64,000 nucleotides of DNA from Candidatus Heimdallarchaeota archaeon (GTDB lineage: Archaea > Asgardarchaeota > Heimdallarchaeia > Hodarchaeales > Hodarchaeaceae): contig CP070695.1 in assembly GCA_020353515.1 (NCBI GenBank), positions 2,937,231 to 3,001,230 of the forward strand, read 5' to 3'. Under the pieces are notes generated by a model, which ran no database searches, was not told where the DNA came from, and was given only the letters and a program-made list of their open reading frames with translations. The stretch's first letter is position 1, and every line of letters begins with the position of its first letter. A program made the translations under genes and the position numbers. Positions 1-9,734 of the stretch are shown piece by piece.

Positions 1-732
1 ATGTATGTATCTATGCAAGCGGTTCTGTCACTTTATGCCTCTGGACGGACTACAGGGTTAGTTATTGACGCGGGTGATGGTGTTATCCATATCGTACCTA
101 TTTACGAAGGATTCGCTATCTCTCATGCGATTAGTCGTATTGACATCGCTGGTCGTGACATTACTGAGTACCTCCGACGACTGCTTCGAACTCGTGGTCG
201 TGCATTAACCTCCTCTGCCGAGAAAGAGATTGTTCGTGATATTAAGGAACGCCTTTGTTATGTCGCTCTTGACCCTGAAAAGGAATTGAAGCTTGCCGAG
301 AAAGTCTCTGGTATGGAGAAACAATACACTCTCCCTGACGGAGAAACCCTCACTATTGGACCTGAACGTTTCTTGGCTCCTGAAGCATTCTTCAATCCAA
401 GTGCCCTTGGAAAAGAAGAAACACCTCTGGATGAAGCTATCTACAACGCTGTACAACTCTGTGATATTGACCTCCGTAAAGAACTATATCAGAACATTGT
501 TCTTTCTGGCGGCTCTACCATGTTCCCAGGCTTGAAAGAGCGTCTTCACAAAGAGCTCACTGAACTCGTTCCCGAAAATGTTGAGATCCGTATCGTGGCT
601 CCTCCTGAGCGCCGATATTCCGTCTGGATTGGTGGATCAATTCTCTCCTCCTTAAAAACCTTCCAGCGATTATGGGTTTCCCGCAAAGAATATCAAGAAC
701 AAGGCCCTGGCGTTATCAAACGAGCTATCTAA
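1..732 (+). CDS. Eukaryote-like actin (Asgard actin/Lokiactin type), 5'-truncated by window edge
   Basis: [54 protein letters not shown] and [21 protein letters not shown] are near-verbatim actin motifs; the N-terminal ~130 aa lie upstream of the window. Confidence 0.97.
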   Translation: MYVSMQAVLSLYASGRTTGLVIDAGDGVIHIVPIYEGFAISHAISRIDIAGRDITEYLRRLLRTRGRALTSSAEKEIVRDIKERLCYVALDPEKELKLAEKVSGMEKQYTLPDGETLTIGPERFLAPEAFFNPSALGKEETPLDEAIYNAVQLCDIDLRKELYQNIVLSGGSTMFPGLKERLHKELTELVPENVEIRIVAPPERRYSVWIGGSILSSLKTFQRLWVSRKEYQEQGPGVIKRAI

Positions 733-783
733 GTCCCCCCCTTTTCCCTTTTTCTTCCCTTTTTTTTATTCTTCAACAGTTTT
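733..783 (+). terminator. Pyrimidine/oligo-T tract after actin (archaeal-type terminator)
   Basis: ccccccttttccctttttcttcccttttttttattc follows the stop codon. Confidence 0.65.
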
Positions 784-866
784 TAATGCTTGTTTTGTAA
801 GAATTTTAGGTTTCTTCGTTTCGAAGAAAGCTTTATTAGTACCCTTCTAGTTCCAACTAAGTTATT

Positions 867-2282
867 ATGCTGGATATTGACACTTTCATAGAGAAGTTTG
901 AACCCCGAGTTTCTGCTGCTATGACTAAAAACGATGTCCCAGGGATGGCGATCGCTCTTGTTCTGGACGATCAGGTTATTTATTCTCGGGGTTTTGGCTC
1001 TAGAAACGTGAAGAAATTCTTACCCTTCACTCCAGATACCCTGAATGGTTTTGGGTCCTGTACCAAATCATTTACTTGCCTTGCCATCATGCAGTTGTAT
1101 TCTCAAGGTAAACTTGATATTCATGACCCAGTGTCTAAATACATTCCCTTTAAACTTGGATTAAAAGACTACCCTATCACCATCCATCATTTTATGACCC
1201 ACACCTCTGGCATCCCCAATCTCGGGTCTGCAGAGCTAGTCATCGGGCAAAACTATCCCATTAATCTGAAATTTCCTTCTGTTCCGTTTTCCAGTTGGGA
1301 AGACTTCTACACCCATTTTAACCTTGCCCAAGACGAGATCCTCTTCAAGCCCCAGGAGTATTTCTTCTATTTTAACGGTGGTTACACTGCTCTTGGGCAC
1401 ATTATTACCCGAGTCAGTGGAATGCGATATGAAGATTACGTGAGAAAGCATATCCTTGACCCTCTCGATATGAATCGATCTGGGTTCTTAGAATCATGTA
1501 TTTCCAAAGACGACAATGTCTCTGTTCCTTATGAAATGCTTCCAGGGAAGAATGGGAAACCTACACCTACACCAGCGGAATTCCCCTTCAATCAATTTAT
1601 TTTCGCTCCAGGCGGATTGATTAGTTCCGTAAACGAAATGGCAAATTATATCATGATGATGATGAATGGCGGTCAATTTGGAGAAAATCAATTATTAGAT
1701 GAAGATAAAATCAATGAAATGACCAAAATGCACCATGTCGGACAAATCCATTCCATTTTATCCGCATTTGGTGATCAAAGTGGGTATGGGTATGGGTGGG
1801 CCATGTGTGATAATTTCTTCGGTAACACTTTAATTCAACATGCTGGAGGAATTACAGGTGGAACTTCTCTCATTGGCTTTATTAAGGAACTGAAACTCGG
1901 GTTCACGGCAATTGGCAATACTGCTGGCTTTCCTGTGCATGAAGTGTATGCTGCTCTCGCATTACTTCAAGGGAAAGATCCTGATAGAGAAGTTCCTTTC
2001 TTTCTTCGTGATAATCATTATAACAAACTGTGTGGGAACTACAAGAATTACAAAGGGATTGGTAAAGGAAAAATTGTCAATAAATTAGGGGTACTCCATC
2101 TTGAAACCCCAGTTCCAACCGCTAGTTATCCTTTATTTCCTTCATCTGATGCCCACGAGGTGTTAGATTTTTACATTCTTACCCCCACTGGGGTCAAAAT
2201 GCCTGTGGTATTCAGATTTGATGACAGTGACAAAGTGCATTTTACCTTTGAACGCAATTCATATCATAAAGTTGGAGAATGA
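867..2282 (+). CDS. Serine hydrolase, beta-lactamase/PBP-like (Pab87/CubicO-type peptidase)
   Basis: SxxK (GSCTK), MTHTSG, YxN (FYFNG), PGGLISS and HAGG motifs, plus a C-terminal extension. Confidence 0.88.
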   Translation: MLDIDTFIEKFEPRVSAAMTKNDVPGMAIALVLDDQVIYSRGFGSRNVKKFLPFTPDTLNGFGSCTKSFTCLAIMQLYSQGKLDIHDPVSKYIPFKLGLKDYPITIHHFMTHTSGIPNLGSAELVIGQNYPINLKFPSVPFSSWEDFYTHFNLAQDEILFKPQEYFFYFNGGYTALGHIITRVSGMRYEDYVRKHILDPLDMNRSGFLESCISKDDNVSVPYEMLPGKNGKPTPTPAEFPFNQFIFAPGGLISSVNEMANYIMMMMNGGQFGENQLLDEDKINEMTKMHHVGQIHSILSAFGDQSGYGYGWAMCDNFFGNTLIQHAGGITGGTSLIGFIKELKLGFTAIGNTAGFPVHEVYAALALLQGKDPDREVPFFLRDNHYNKLCGNYKNYKGIGKGKIVNKLGVLHLETPVPTASYPLFPSSDAHEVLDFYILTPTGVKMPVVFRFDDSDKVHFTFERNSYHKVGE

Positions 2283-2299
2283 TAACTACTCTGAAGTTT

Positions 2300-3049
2300 C
2301 TAAGGTTGAACTAAATCACTGATGGTGTGTTGATACATAACAACTAATTCATCGGAGAGTTCCTGTTCTAGGATGAAGTTCATTCTATCGAGAGCTCGTT
2401 GGATTCGTTCATTATCCCCTGCTTCGAGTACTCGATCTAATAATCTCATCAATGTAATTACCCGAGTATGGATTAATTTTTGTTCATCTAGGGTTAACGA
2501 CGAAACAAGATAGGAATCTAAATACTTTGTAAGATGTTCACGAATTTTTTCGCCTTCATTGATCACTTTTAGCTTCCGCTTAAGAATGAGGTCTGTTTCG
2601 TGAGCTATTTCTTTTATTAAGGCCTTTTTATGATGAATTGGGTCTCCCTCGTAGTACTCAAAATACTTAGAAAAAATTGCTTGGATTTGCCTTAAATCTA
2701 TCCAAGCCATCTCCATTACTACCTGAGGAATTAGAATTGACACTAAATTGATGCTAAATCCGCCACGATTTGTCTCGGATGTTTCATAAAGTACAGTACA
2801 AATAGAGAATAACTCATGCTCGGGGAATGGGATCGTTGCGGGCATCTTTGAGTAAGAAATATGATTCGGCCGACTCGAAAAGACTGACATCCCTCTTAAG
2901 GATATACCAAATAATAACTCGTCCGATAATGTTTTAGGAGTCCATTCGACTGGCATTCCTCCCTGAATATCGTCAAATGTTGTCCAAACCATCCCTACAA
3001 GGATCTTGTAAGGCTTTGTTTTCTCTTTTAGGGTTTTACTGAGAGTCAT
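2300..3049 (-). CDS. Hypothetical protein with N-terminal uDENN/longin-like domain
   Basis: Start moved to ATG at 3049. A hydrophobic strand plus FDDIQGGMP and a later NRGG...LVSIL resemble the F-x-x-x-x-G-P and RG signatures of uDENN longins; helical C-terminus. Confidence 0.5.
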   Translation of the reverse strand: MTLSKTLKEKTKPYKILVGMVWTTFDDIQGGMPVEWTPKTLSDELLFGISLRGMSVFSSRPNHISYSKMPATIPFPEHELFSICTVLYETSETNRGGFSINLVSILIPQVVMEMAWIDLRQIQAIFSKYFEYYEGDPIHHKKALIKEIAHETDLILKRKLKVINEGEKIREHLTKYLDSYLVSSLTLDEQKLIHTRVITLMRLLDRVLEAGDNERIQRALDRMNFILEQELSDELVVMYQHTISDLVQP

Positions 3050-3219
3050 TATTCTTCTGTCCCTGAGAACTCTCACTGATATCTTTGGGTCATCTATTGT
3101 TCCATTATTATTGAACCATTAAAGAATTTCGCTTTGATAACATTCCTAATGGAAAAATCAATTTATATTTATAAAATAACTTAGAAACTTTTTGTTAGAA
3201 TAGCGAGTATTGACTAACT

Positions 3220-3552
3220 TCATTCTTGAGATTTCAGTTTCTTTGAAATAAGATCCGCAACTAGGTCGCATATTTCTAGAATTCGTGAATCTGCTAAGGA
3301 ATAATAAACCTCGTTTGCTTCTCGACGTGTTGTTACTGCACCTTTATCTCTAAGTACCCTGAGATGTTGTGAGATATATGGTTGTGGCTTCTTCGTTAGT
3401 GTTTTTATGTCAGAAACATTTTTTTCACCATCTTGAAGTATTTGAAGAATTTTCAATCTGAAAGGGTGAGTTAAAGACTGACACAGATCCGCTTGAAGAT
3501 TTAATGATTTATTTTCATCATCTAATGTATTTATACTTTGATCGGAGGTCAT
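3220..3552 (-). CDS. ArsR/SmtB family transcriptional regulator (two Cys, possibly redox-sensing)
   Basis: Start corrected to ATG at 3552 because the longer ORF overlaps the divergent gene. LTHPFRLKIL...SQHLRVLRDKGAV...VYYSL wHTH. Confidence 0.9.
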   Translation of the reverse strand: MTSDQSINTLDDENKSLNLQADLCQSLTHPFRLKILQILQDGEKNVSDIKTLTKKPQPYISQHLRVLRDKGAVTTRREANEVYYSLADSRILEICDLVADLISKKLKSQE

Positions 3553-3567
3553 TTCCTTGTCAAATTG

Positions 3568-3629
3568 TATATATGGTATTGCATATATATAGGTTTTGGA
3601 ATATTCAAAGAACGGAATATTTATAAATA
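3568..3629. promoter_or_regulatory. Divergent promoter with candidate ArsR operator
   Basis: Inverted repeat TATATATG-N6-CATATATA at 3568-3589 and palindromic TATA-like TATTTATAAATA at 3618-3629, between divergent genes. Confidence 0.55.
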
Positions 3630-3671
3630 AATACAGAAAGTGATAAATCAAGAAGTTTTGGAGGATATTAA

Positions 3672-4376
3672 ATGTCCGAAGGTAAAGTAAGAATCGAAGA
3701 AAAAATTTTGAACGAGGTTCGTCAGATGTTTGATGGATTAACCTCAGATGTAACACTACACATGTTTACAAATAAAAATCATTGTTTATTATGTAATGAA
3801 ACCCTTGATTTGGCAGAACAGATCTCCAACCAATCTGATAAAATAACACTTGATCATTGTGAATGTGATATTAATTCCGAAAAAGCACAGGATTGGCGGA
3901 TCACAAGACATCCTGCGATAGCCATTGAAGGAAAAGGAAAAGGATTGATTAGATTTTTTGGTATCCCTTCTGGATATGAATTTGGTAGTCTGATTGAGAC
4001 CATAATTATGGCTGGTACAGATAAAGAAAGTGATCTCCCTCCTGAAATTATCGAAGAGATTGAAAACATTGATCAACCTGTCCATTTACAAGTTTTTGTG
4101 ACCCCCACTTGTCCTTATTGCCCCCGAGCAGTGTTAAATGCATTTAAATTTGCCATGTTGAATGAAAACATTACTGCTGACATGATTGAGGCGACAGAAT
4201 TCCAAGAGATGTCTATGCAATATCAAGTACAAGGAGTTCCAAAGACTGTCATCAATGATGACTGGATTGAAGAGGATGACGATGGTGAAATTCTCAGATA
4301 TCCTAAATGGAGTGTTGTTGGAGCGGTACCTGAAAGTGCATTACTTGCGAAGGTTAAAGAAGCTCTTGGAGAGTAG
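3672..4376 (+). CDS. Protein disulfide oxidoreductase (PDO, two thioredoxin folds)
   Basis: CLLC and CPYC active sites; GIPSGYEFGSL, VFVTPTCPYCP and GVPKTVIN motifs. Confidence 0.92.
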   Translation: MSEGKVRIEEKILNEVRQMFDGLTSDVTLHMFTNKNHCLLCNETLDLAEQISNQSDKITLDHCECDINSEKAQDWRITRHPAIAIEGKGKGLIRFFGIPSGYEFGSLIETIIMAGTDKESDLPPEIIEEIENIDQPVHLQVFVTPTCPYCPRAVLNAFKFAMLNENITADMIEATEFQEMSMQYQVQGVPKTVINDDWIEEDDDGEILRYPKWSVVGAVPESALLAKVKEALGE

Positions 4377-4431
4377 AAAAAAATTAATAAGGTTGATTCT
4401 ACGATTTGATCACCTATAGGAGACTCTATAT

Positions 4432-5019
4432 GTGCTAGAACGAATAACTGGAGAATTCTATCAGACAGGTGACACTTTTGATGAATTCTTACAATCTGGA
4501 ACAGAAGACGAACAAGAACGATTCAATTTATATTATCGAAGGCTAGAAAAAAAATTCTCTCCTGAAGAATTTCGTATTGATTTAAACTATCCAGTCAATC
4601 TTTTGGTTCTTGCGACGACTTGGTGTTGGGATTCCAAAACCAATGTCCCTGTTTTCATCAGAATCGCAGAACATAGTCCAAATGTCAACCTTAAAATCTT
4701 CAACAAGGATCGATATCCTTTCTTAGTAGATAAGATAAATGGTGGTGAAAAAGTACCTCAAGTCCTCATTTTTTCACAAGATTATCAATATCTGGATCGA
4801 TGGGTTGAGCGGACAACCTTAGGCTATCAATTGTATGGAGATGTTCGAAAGGAATATGGGTGGGACGAAAGTGTTGCTGATGAGTTCTTAAAAGATTATC
4901 GTAAGAAATATCTTAAACAGCAAAAAGATCTTGAAAAAGCTCTCATCCAAGAGACCCGAACACTATTGACTCGAATAGATGCCATTCAAGCCGCGACAGG
5001 ACGTTTTTTCAAGAAGTGA
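4432..5019 (+). CDS. Thioredoxin-family protein (Thioredoxin_9-like, CxxS)
   Basis: LVLATTWCWDS...VP and GGEKVPQVLIF..W.ER motifs. Confidence 0.75.
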   Translation: MLERITGEFYQTGDTFDEFLQSGTEDEQERFNLYYRRLEKKFSPEEFRIDLNYPVNLLVLATTWCWDSKTNVPVFIRIAEHSPNVNLKIFNKDRYPFLVDKINGGEKVPQVLIFSQDYQYLDRWVERTTLGYQLYGDVRKEYGWDESVADEFLKDYRKKYLKQQKDLEKALIQETRTLLTRIDAIQAATGRFFKK

Positions 5020-5136
5020 TTTGTATTAACATGAGTTAAGCTCATAACCCTAAATATCTTGTTTGGGAGGGAATCGTTTAAACCCCCAGATTTTTTATAA
5101 AAGTTGATACGAAGCAACTTGTAGAGATGCTTAAGC

Positions 5137-7746
5137 TTGAAAAAACGGGTAATTGAATGGAATTTTCCTTTGGCAGAAGTATCAAAAGCATCTACTCACG
5201 AAAAAAGTGTTCGTCATGGACATCCAAGTACATTACATATATGGTGGGCACGTCGGCCATTAGCTGCTTCACGAGCAACCACTTTCGCTGCCTTAATTGA
5301 TCTTCCTTCTGGTTTAAAAAAGCAAAAAGAAATTATAAATTTAATTAAAGAGATTTCACCTTGGAATACAGTAAAGTCAAATTCTAGTCCTGTTATTCAT
5401 CAGAGTCAGCAATTAATTAAGAACCAATGGGATACAAAACCACCTCGAATACTTGATCCCTTTTCCGGGGGTGGTTCAATCCCTCTTGAAGCCCTTAGAC
5501 TTGGTTGTGAAACCTATGCTAGTGATTTAAATCCAATAGCTGTTCTGATTAGCAAAGCCACATTAGAATGGCCCCAAAAGATTGCTAGTCCCGAACTCGC
5601 ATCTTTGGTAGAAAAGTGGGCGATACATATCCATAAAGAAGTAAATCAAAAGATAGGCCGATTTTATCCAAATGACCTTGATGGAAGTATCCCAATTGGA
5701 TATCTCTGGGCTAGGACCATTCCATGTCCTAATCCGGCTTGTCAGGCAGATCTACCGTTAATCAAACACTTTTGGTTGGCTAAGACCAAAACCCGTTCAA
5801 TTGCATATAAACCGGTTATAGATAAACAGCTGAAGACCATTTCTTTTCAGATTCTACATAATCAAGATATTGACTTTGATCCTTCTGTCGGTACGATATC
5901 ACGAGCTAAAGCAAAATGTTTAATTTGTAACCAAGTAACTAATGCCTCTAGGATTCAGGAACTTGCACAACAGGGGAAAATGTATCATAAAATGACTGTG
6001 GTAATTCTAAGATCTCCAGAAAAGCCAATAAAGCGGTATCGTGTAGCTAATGAGGAAGATATACGAACTTTTATTGAAGCAGAAGAATATCTTAGTCAAA
6101 AATTATCCCTCACGAGCAACATAGATACTCTGCTACCCACTGAAAAATTACCACCAATGGGAACATTAGGTTTTGGTGTTCGGCAATATGGGATGGTGAA
6201 ATGGAAGGATCTATTTAATTCTCGGCAGCTACTGGCAATTATTTCCTTTTTAGAGCATATCAAGGAAATTTCTGAAGTGATTAAACAAGAGTATCAGGAA
6301 GAAATTGAGATTGTCCCTCATCCAATTAAGCTTTCAACAATTATCACCACATATTTAGCAATTATTTTAGGGCGATTAGTAGATAAAAATGCAAATCTAG
6401 TTGTGTATAATGCCTATGGTGAAAAGATCGAACACGTTTTTGGTCGAACAGCGCTCCCTATGGCTTGGGATTATGCAGAATTAAATGTTTTTTCTGGTGC
6501 TAATGGTGATTGGCTTCATCAGCTAGATTGGGTAAGAAGGTTCTTAGAAAATAATTGTTGGGCATCTAGTGCAACATCATCTGTGTATCAGGCTTCTGCA
6601 ACAAAGCTTCCGTTTTCTTCCGAATATTTCCACGCGATTCTTACTGATCCGCCCTATTACGATAATGTTCCTTATTCAGATCTCTCTGATTTTTTTTATG
6701 TATGGTTCAAGAGAGCAGTAGGCGATTTGTTTCCTAATCTTTTTGCAACTCCTCTCACCCCCAAATCAGAGGAGATTGTTGCGAATAAAGGAAGACAAAG
6801 TGATCCTAAAGCTTTTTTTGAGGAAATGATTAGTTTGTCGTTCCAAGAGATGTATAGAGTCTTAAAAGCAGATGGTATCGCATTAATTGTGTATGCTCAT
6901 AAATCATCGGAGGGCTGGGAAACAATGTTAAAATCATTGACCTCTGCAGGATTTGTTGTAACCGCTTCATGGCCGATTAATACTGAAATGAAAACTCGTC
7001 TTCGTGCGAAAACCTCTGCAGCCCTTGCCTCCTCTATATATTTGGTTTGTCGAAAGTATCCACAACAAGAAATTGGTTATTTCCATGAAATCCGTCAAGA
7101 GATGGAACTTGAAATACAAAAGCAATTAAATCGGTTCTGGGAAGATGGAATTCGTGGGGGTGATTTTTTTATTTCTGCAATTGGACCAGCTATGGAAATT
7201 TTGAGTAGATACCGCCAAATAGAACGCTATTCGGGAGAAGTTGTTTCATTTCAAGATCAATTAACTCTTATTCGTTCAATTTCGACTAATTTTCTTGTTA
7301 AAAGAGTATTGCATAATCGGGGAGAAATTACGATTGATAATGTATCTCAATTTTATCTCGCATTTCGTTGGACCTTTCAGGAAGCCATAGTTGAATTTGG
7401 GGAAGCTCAAAAGCTGGCTCAAGCGTGTGGAGTGGAATTTAATACATTAGTAAAGGGAGGATATATCCGAAAAAAAGGATCGAAAGTGAGAGTGTCAAAC
7501 GCTCTAAACCGATTGACTTTTAACCCAAATGACACTTATATGGTTAATATCATGCATCTTTCATTAATTGCTTGGAAAGAAGGAGCTGAAACCCAATTAG
7601 AGAAATTGCTTTTAGCTCCTAAACGGAAAATAGACACTAGTTTTTGGCAATATTGTCAAGCAGTTGCGGAATGTCTCCCAAGGAAAAATGTTGAAAAACA
7701 ATTGCTTGAGGGGCTGTTAGTTTCAAAATATTGCAAATCTAGATAA
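5137..7746 (+). CDS. DUF1156-family adenine-specific DNA methyltransferase with Zn ribbon
   Basis: LHIWWARRPLAASRA, DPFSGGGSIPLEALRLG (SAM binding), CPNPAC/CLIC Zn ribbon and TDPPYYD catalytic motif. Confidence 0.93.
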   Translation: MKKRVIEWNFPLAEVSKASTHEKSVRHGHPSTLHIWWARRPLAASRATTFAALIDLPSGLKKQKEIINLIKEISPWNTVKSNSSPVIHQSQQLIKNQWDTKPPRILDPFSGGGSIPLEALRLGCETYASDLNPIAVLISKATLEWPQKIASPELASLVEKWAIHIHKEVNQKIGRFYPNDLDGSIPIGYLWARTIPCPNPACQADLPLIKHFWLAKTKTRSIAYKPVIDKQLKTISFQILHNQDIDFDPSVGTISRAKAKCLICNQVTNASRIQELAQQGKMYHKMTVVILRSPEKPIKRYRVANEEDIRTFIEAEEYLSQKLSLTSNIDTLLPTEKLPPMGTLGFGVRQYGMVKWKDLFNSRQLLAIISFLEHIKEISEVIKQEYQEEIEIVPHPIKLSTIITTYLAIILGRLVDKNANLVVYNAYGEKIEHVFGRTALPMAWDYAELNVFSGANGDWLHQLDWVRRFLENNCWASSATSSVYQASATKLPFSSEYFHAILTDPPYYDNVPYSDLSDFFYVWFKRAVGDLFPNLFATPLTPKSEEIVANKGRQSDPKAFFEEMISLSFQEMYRVLKADGIALIVYAHKSSEGWETMLKSLTSAGFVVTASWPINTEMKTRLRAKTSAALASSIYLVCRKYPQQEIGYFHEIRQEMELEIQKQLNRFWEDGIRGGDFFISAIGPAMEILSRYRQIERYSGEVVSFQDQLTLIRSISTNFLVKRVLHNRGEITIDNVSQFYLAFRWTFQEAIVEFGEAQKLAQACGVEFNTLVKGGYIRKKGSKVRVSNALNRLTFNPNDTYMVNIMHLSLIAWKEGAETQLEKLLLAPKRKIDTSFWQYCQAVAECLPRKNVEKQLLEGLLVSKYCKSR

Positions 7747-7765
7747 CCATCAAACTGAATTGAGT

Positions 7766-8243
7766 TTACTCCTTCTGCAATTTCAAGAGTTTCTTGTTTA
7801 TATTAGTTAGGATACTTTCAATTACTTTTTGGCTTTTTGGGATATTCTCCAGATCTGAAGAAAAGGTTCTAACTTCATTTTCAATGTTTTTGATAGTTTT
7901 TTCAATATTTTCAAGACGTGATTCTGTCCTGAAATCTAAGCTGCCCATTGATCCCTTACTAGATGGTGTACTTTCAAACTTATAATCAACATCTTGTGTA
8001 GACAACTCCGAACTTGATGGTACTTGTTTCGGATGTTTTGGAAATAGTTGTGCTTTGAAAAGTTGATGAAGAACTGGGGGTTGTAGCAGGAGGAGGGGGT
8101 TCTTCAAAATTACCTTGTAATTCTATGGGGACAATTGGTTTGAAATCATCGGCTGACCGATCATGAAAAGATTCATCACTGCCACAGTGTGGACAAGGAA
8201 ACTTCATCACATAATTTTTACATTTTCTGCAAACAGGACTAAT
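7766..8243 (-). pseudogene. Zn-ribbon / Pro-Ser-Thr linker / coiled-coil protein split by a +1 frameshift (or assembly indel)
   Basis: The frame of 7986..8210 extends upstream to (I)SPVCRKCKNYVMKFPCPHCG; the overlapping +1 frame carries a heptad-rich C-terminus ending at 7766. Confidence 0.6.
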
Positions 8244-8343
8244 TGAAATTCCTCTCCATGAATATATTGATTTCGGATTGTGTGGGATATATTTTCATTA
8301 AAATAAAGCTTTTCCAAAAGAAAAAGTTGAGAAATCTTCATCT

Positions 8344-9723
8344 TTATTGGGTTGCTGTTGTAATTCGACAATCTTTTACACGAACCGATCCAATCCATGT
8401 GGGGTGCATTATTTCCCACCATTTAACTTGCACTCGATCGTTTCCCATTGCTCCAATATTAGTGAATTGCCGTAATAGATTATCACTAATACGAAAGTTC
8501 TTTATTGGCTGACTTAGTTCGCCATTTTCAACGATAAATGCTGCGTCTCTTGGAATTGTGCTATACTCGGTTGAGATCACACTTGTGAAACGAGTATACC
8601 AGTTGCATGTTACAAAAACAGCAGGGCCCGATCCTTCTAGTAGTTCTTCAAAGGAATGATCTCCATTATTAAACACCAAACTAGTAGGAGTAGGACCTAA
8701 GAATTTTGTCCCCATACCAAATCTTATTAACTCTCCATTACCTGTACTAGTTCCTCCCGCCATCTTAGCTGTTGTAGTATTATGAAGAAAATTTATTAAC
8801 ACCCCATCTTTGAAAATAGGAGTATTTTGACGAGGTGTTCCTTCAATATCGAAAGGAGAAGACCGTAATCCATCCTTCTGCAAACCATTATCTTCTACTG
8901 AAACATAGTCTGGTCCTAATTTTTCTCCCATTTTATCCCCTAATGCGCTTCTTCCCATCAGGATCATAAGGGGATTCGCCATAGCTGGAATTCTTCCTAA
9001 TAGATCTGCCGCAACCGCTGGATTCATAATGATATCATATTTCCCCCTTTTAGCTTGTTTTGCCCCCTTGTGGAGTTTAGAGAAATGGCCAGCTCGTTCT
9101 CCAGCAGCAAGAATTTCCTGTTCAGCGTTAAAAGGAATTCGTCCGCAAGCTAATCCTTGACCAGAAGCATCTAGTTCATCTTGAAACGCCCTGACTGTAA
9201 AATTGTAGTAAGTTCCAGCATAACTCCCACTAGGACCCGCCGAACTCTTCAAATAGATAGTTTTATCTCCAAAGAGATAAGATCCTGCTATTCTAACGCC
9301 ACCTGCGGAGATTGCGGTATCGATAGAGGCATTTACATCATCAGGAGCTTTTTCACGATAATCTTGAATTTTGGTATCTGCTAGCCAATCTTGTTTAGGA
9401 TATTTTGAGATCTTCTCTTCAACTCCTTGGAAAAAAGGACTTACTCCCATCTTTTTAGTGAATTTTACAGTTGCTTCTACTCGTTCCTTTACATTTTTAT
9501 CTGAAGTTGGAGAAAATTCACTGATAGAAAGACGATTTTCATCAACAACTATAACCAATTCTATCTTTTTTGAGTCCCATTGTTTATTAATATCGATCTT
9601 GTTTTGAGAAAATCTTATCTGGTTTTCTATATTTGAAATCCCCCGTGCAATAATAAGATCAACATTCAATTTCTGACCAGTTTCAATTGATAATTCAACA
9701 TAACCTTCCATCTGTTCTGACAT
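8344..9723 (-). CDS. pmbA: PmbA/TldE family protein
   Basis: Start corrected to MSEQMEG at 9723. IRFSQN, PFDIEGTP and NFRISDN motifs; lacks HExxGH; follows tldD. Confidence 0.85.
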   Translation of the reverse strand: MSEQMEGYVELSIETGQKLNVDLIIARGISNIENQIRFSQNKIDINKQWDSKKIELVIVVDENRLSISEFSPTSDKNVKERVEATVKFTKKMGVSPFFQGVEEKISKYPKQDWLADTKIQDYREKAPDDVNASIDTAISAGGVRIAGSYLFGDKTIYLKSSAGPSGSYAGTYYNFTVRAFQDELDASGQGLACGRIPFNAEQEILAAGERAGHFSKLHKGAKQAKRGKYDIIMNPAVAADLLGRIPAMANPLMILMGRSALGDKMGEKLGPDYVSVEDNGLQKDGLRSSPFDIEGTPRQNTPIFKDGVLINFLHNTTTAKMAGGTSTGNGELIRFGMGTKFLGPTPTSLVFNNGDHSFEELLEGSGPAVFVTCNWYTRFTSVISTEYSTIPRDAAFIVENGELSQPIKNFRISDNLLRQFTNIGAMGNDRVQVKWWEIMHPTWIGSVRVKDCRITTATQ

Positions 9724-9734
9724 TCTTTCGCACC

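Noticed and set aside
3553-3756. 68-aa N-terminal extension of the ArsR ORF
   Set aside because: Runs through the AT-rich promoter and overlaps the divergent PDO gene.
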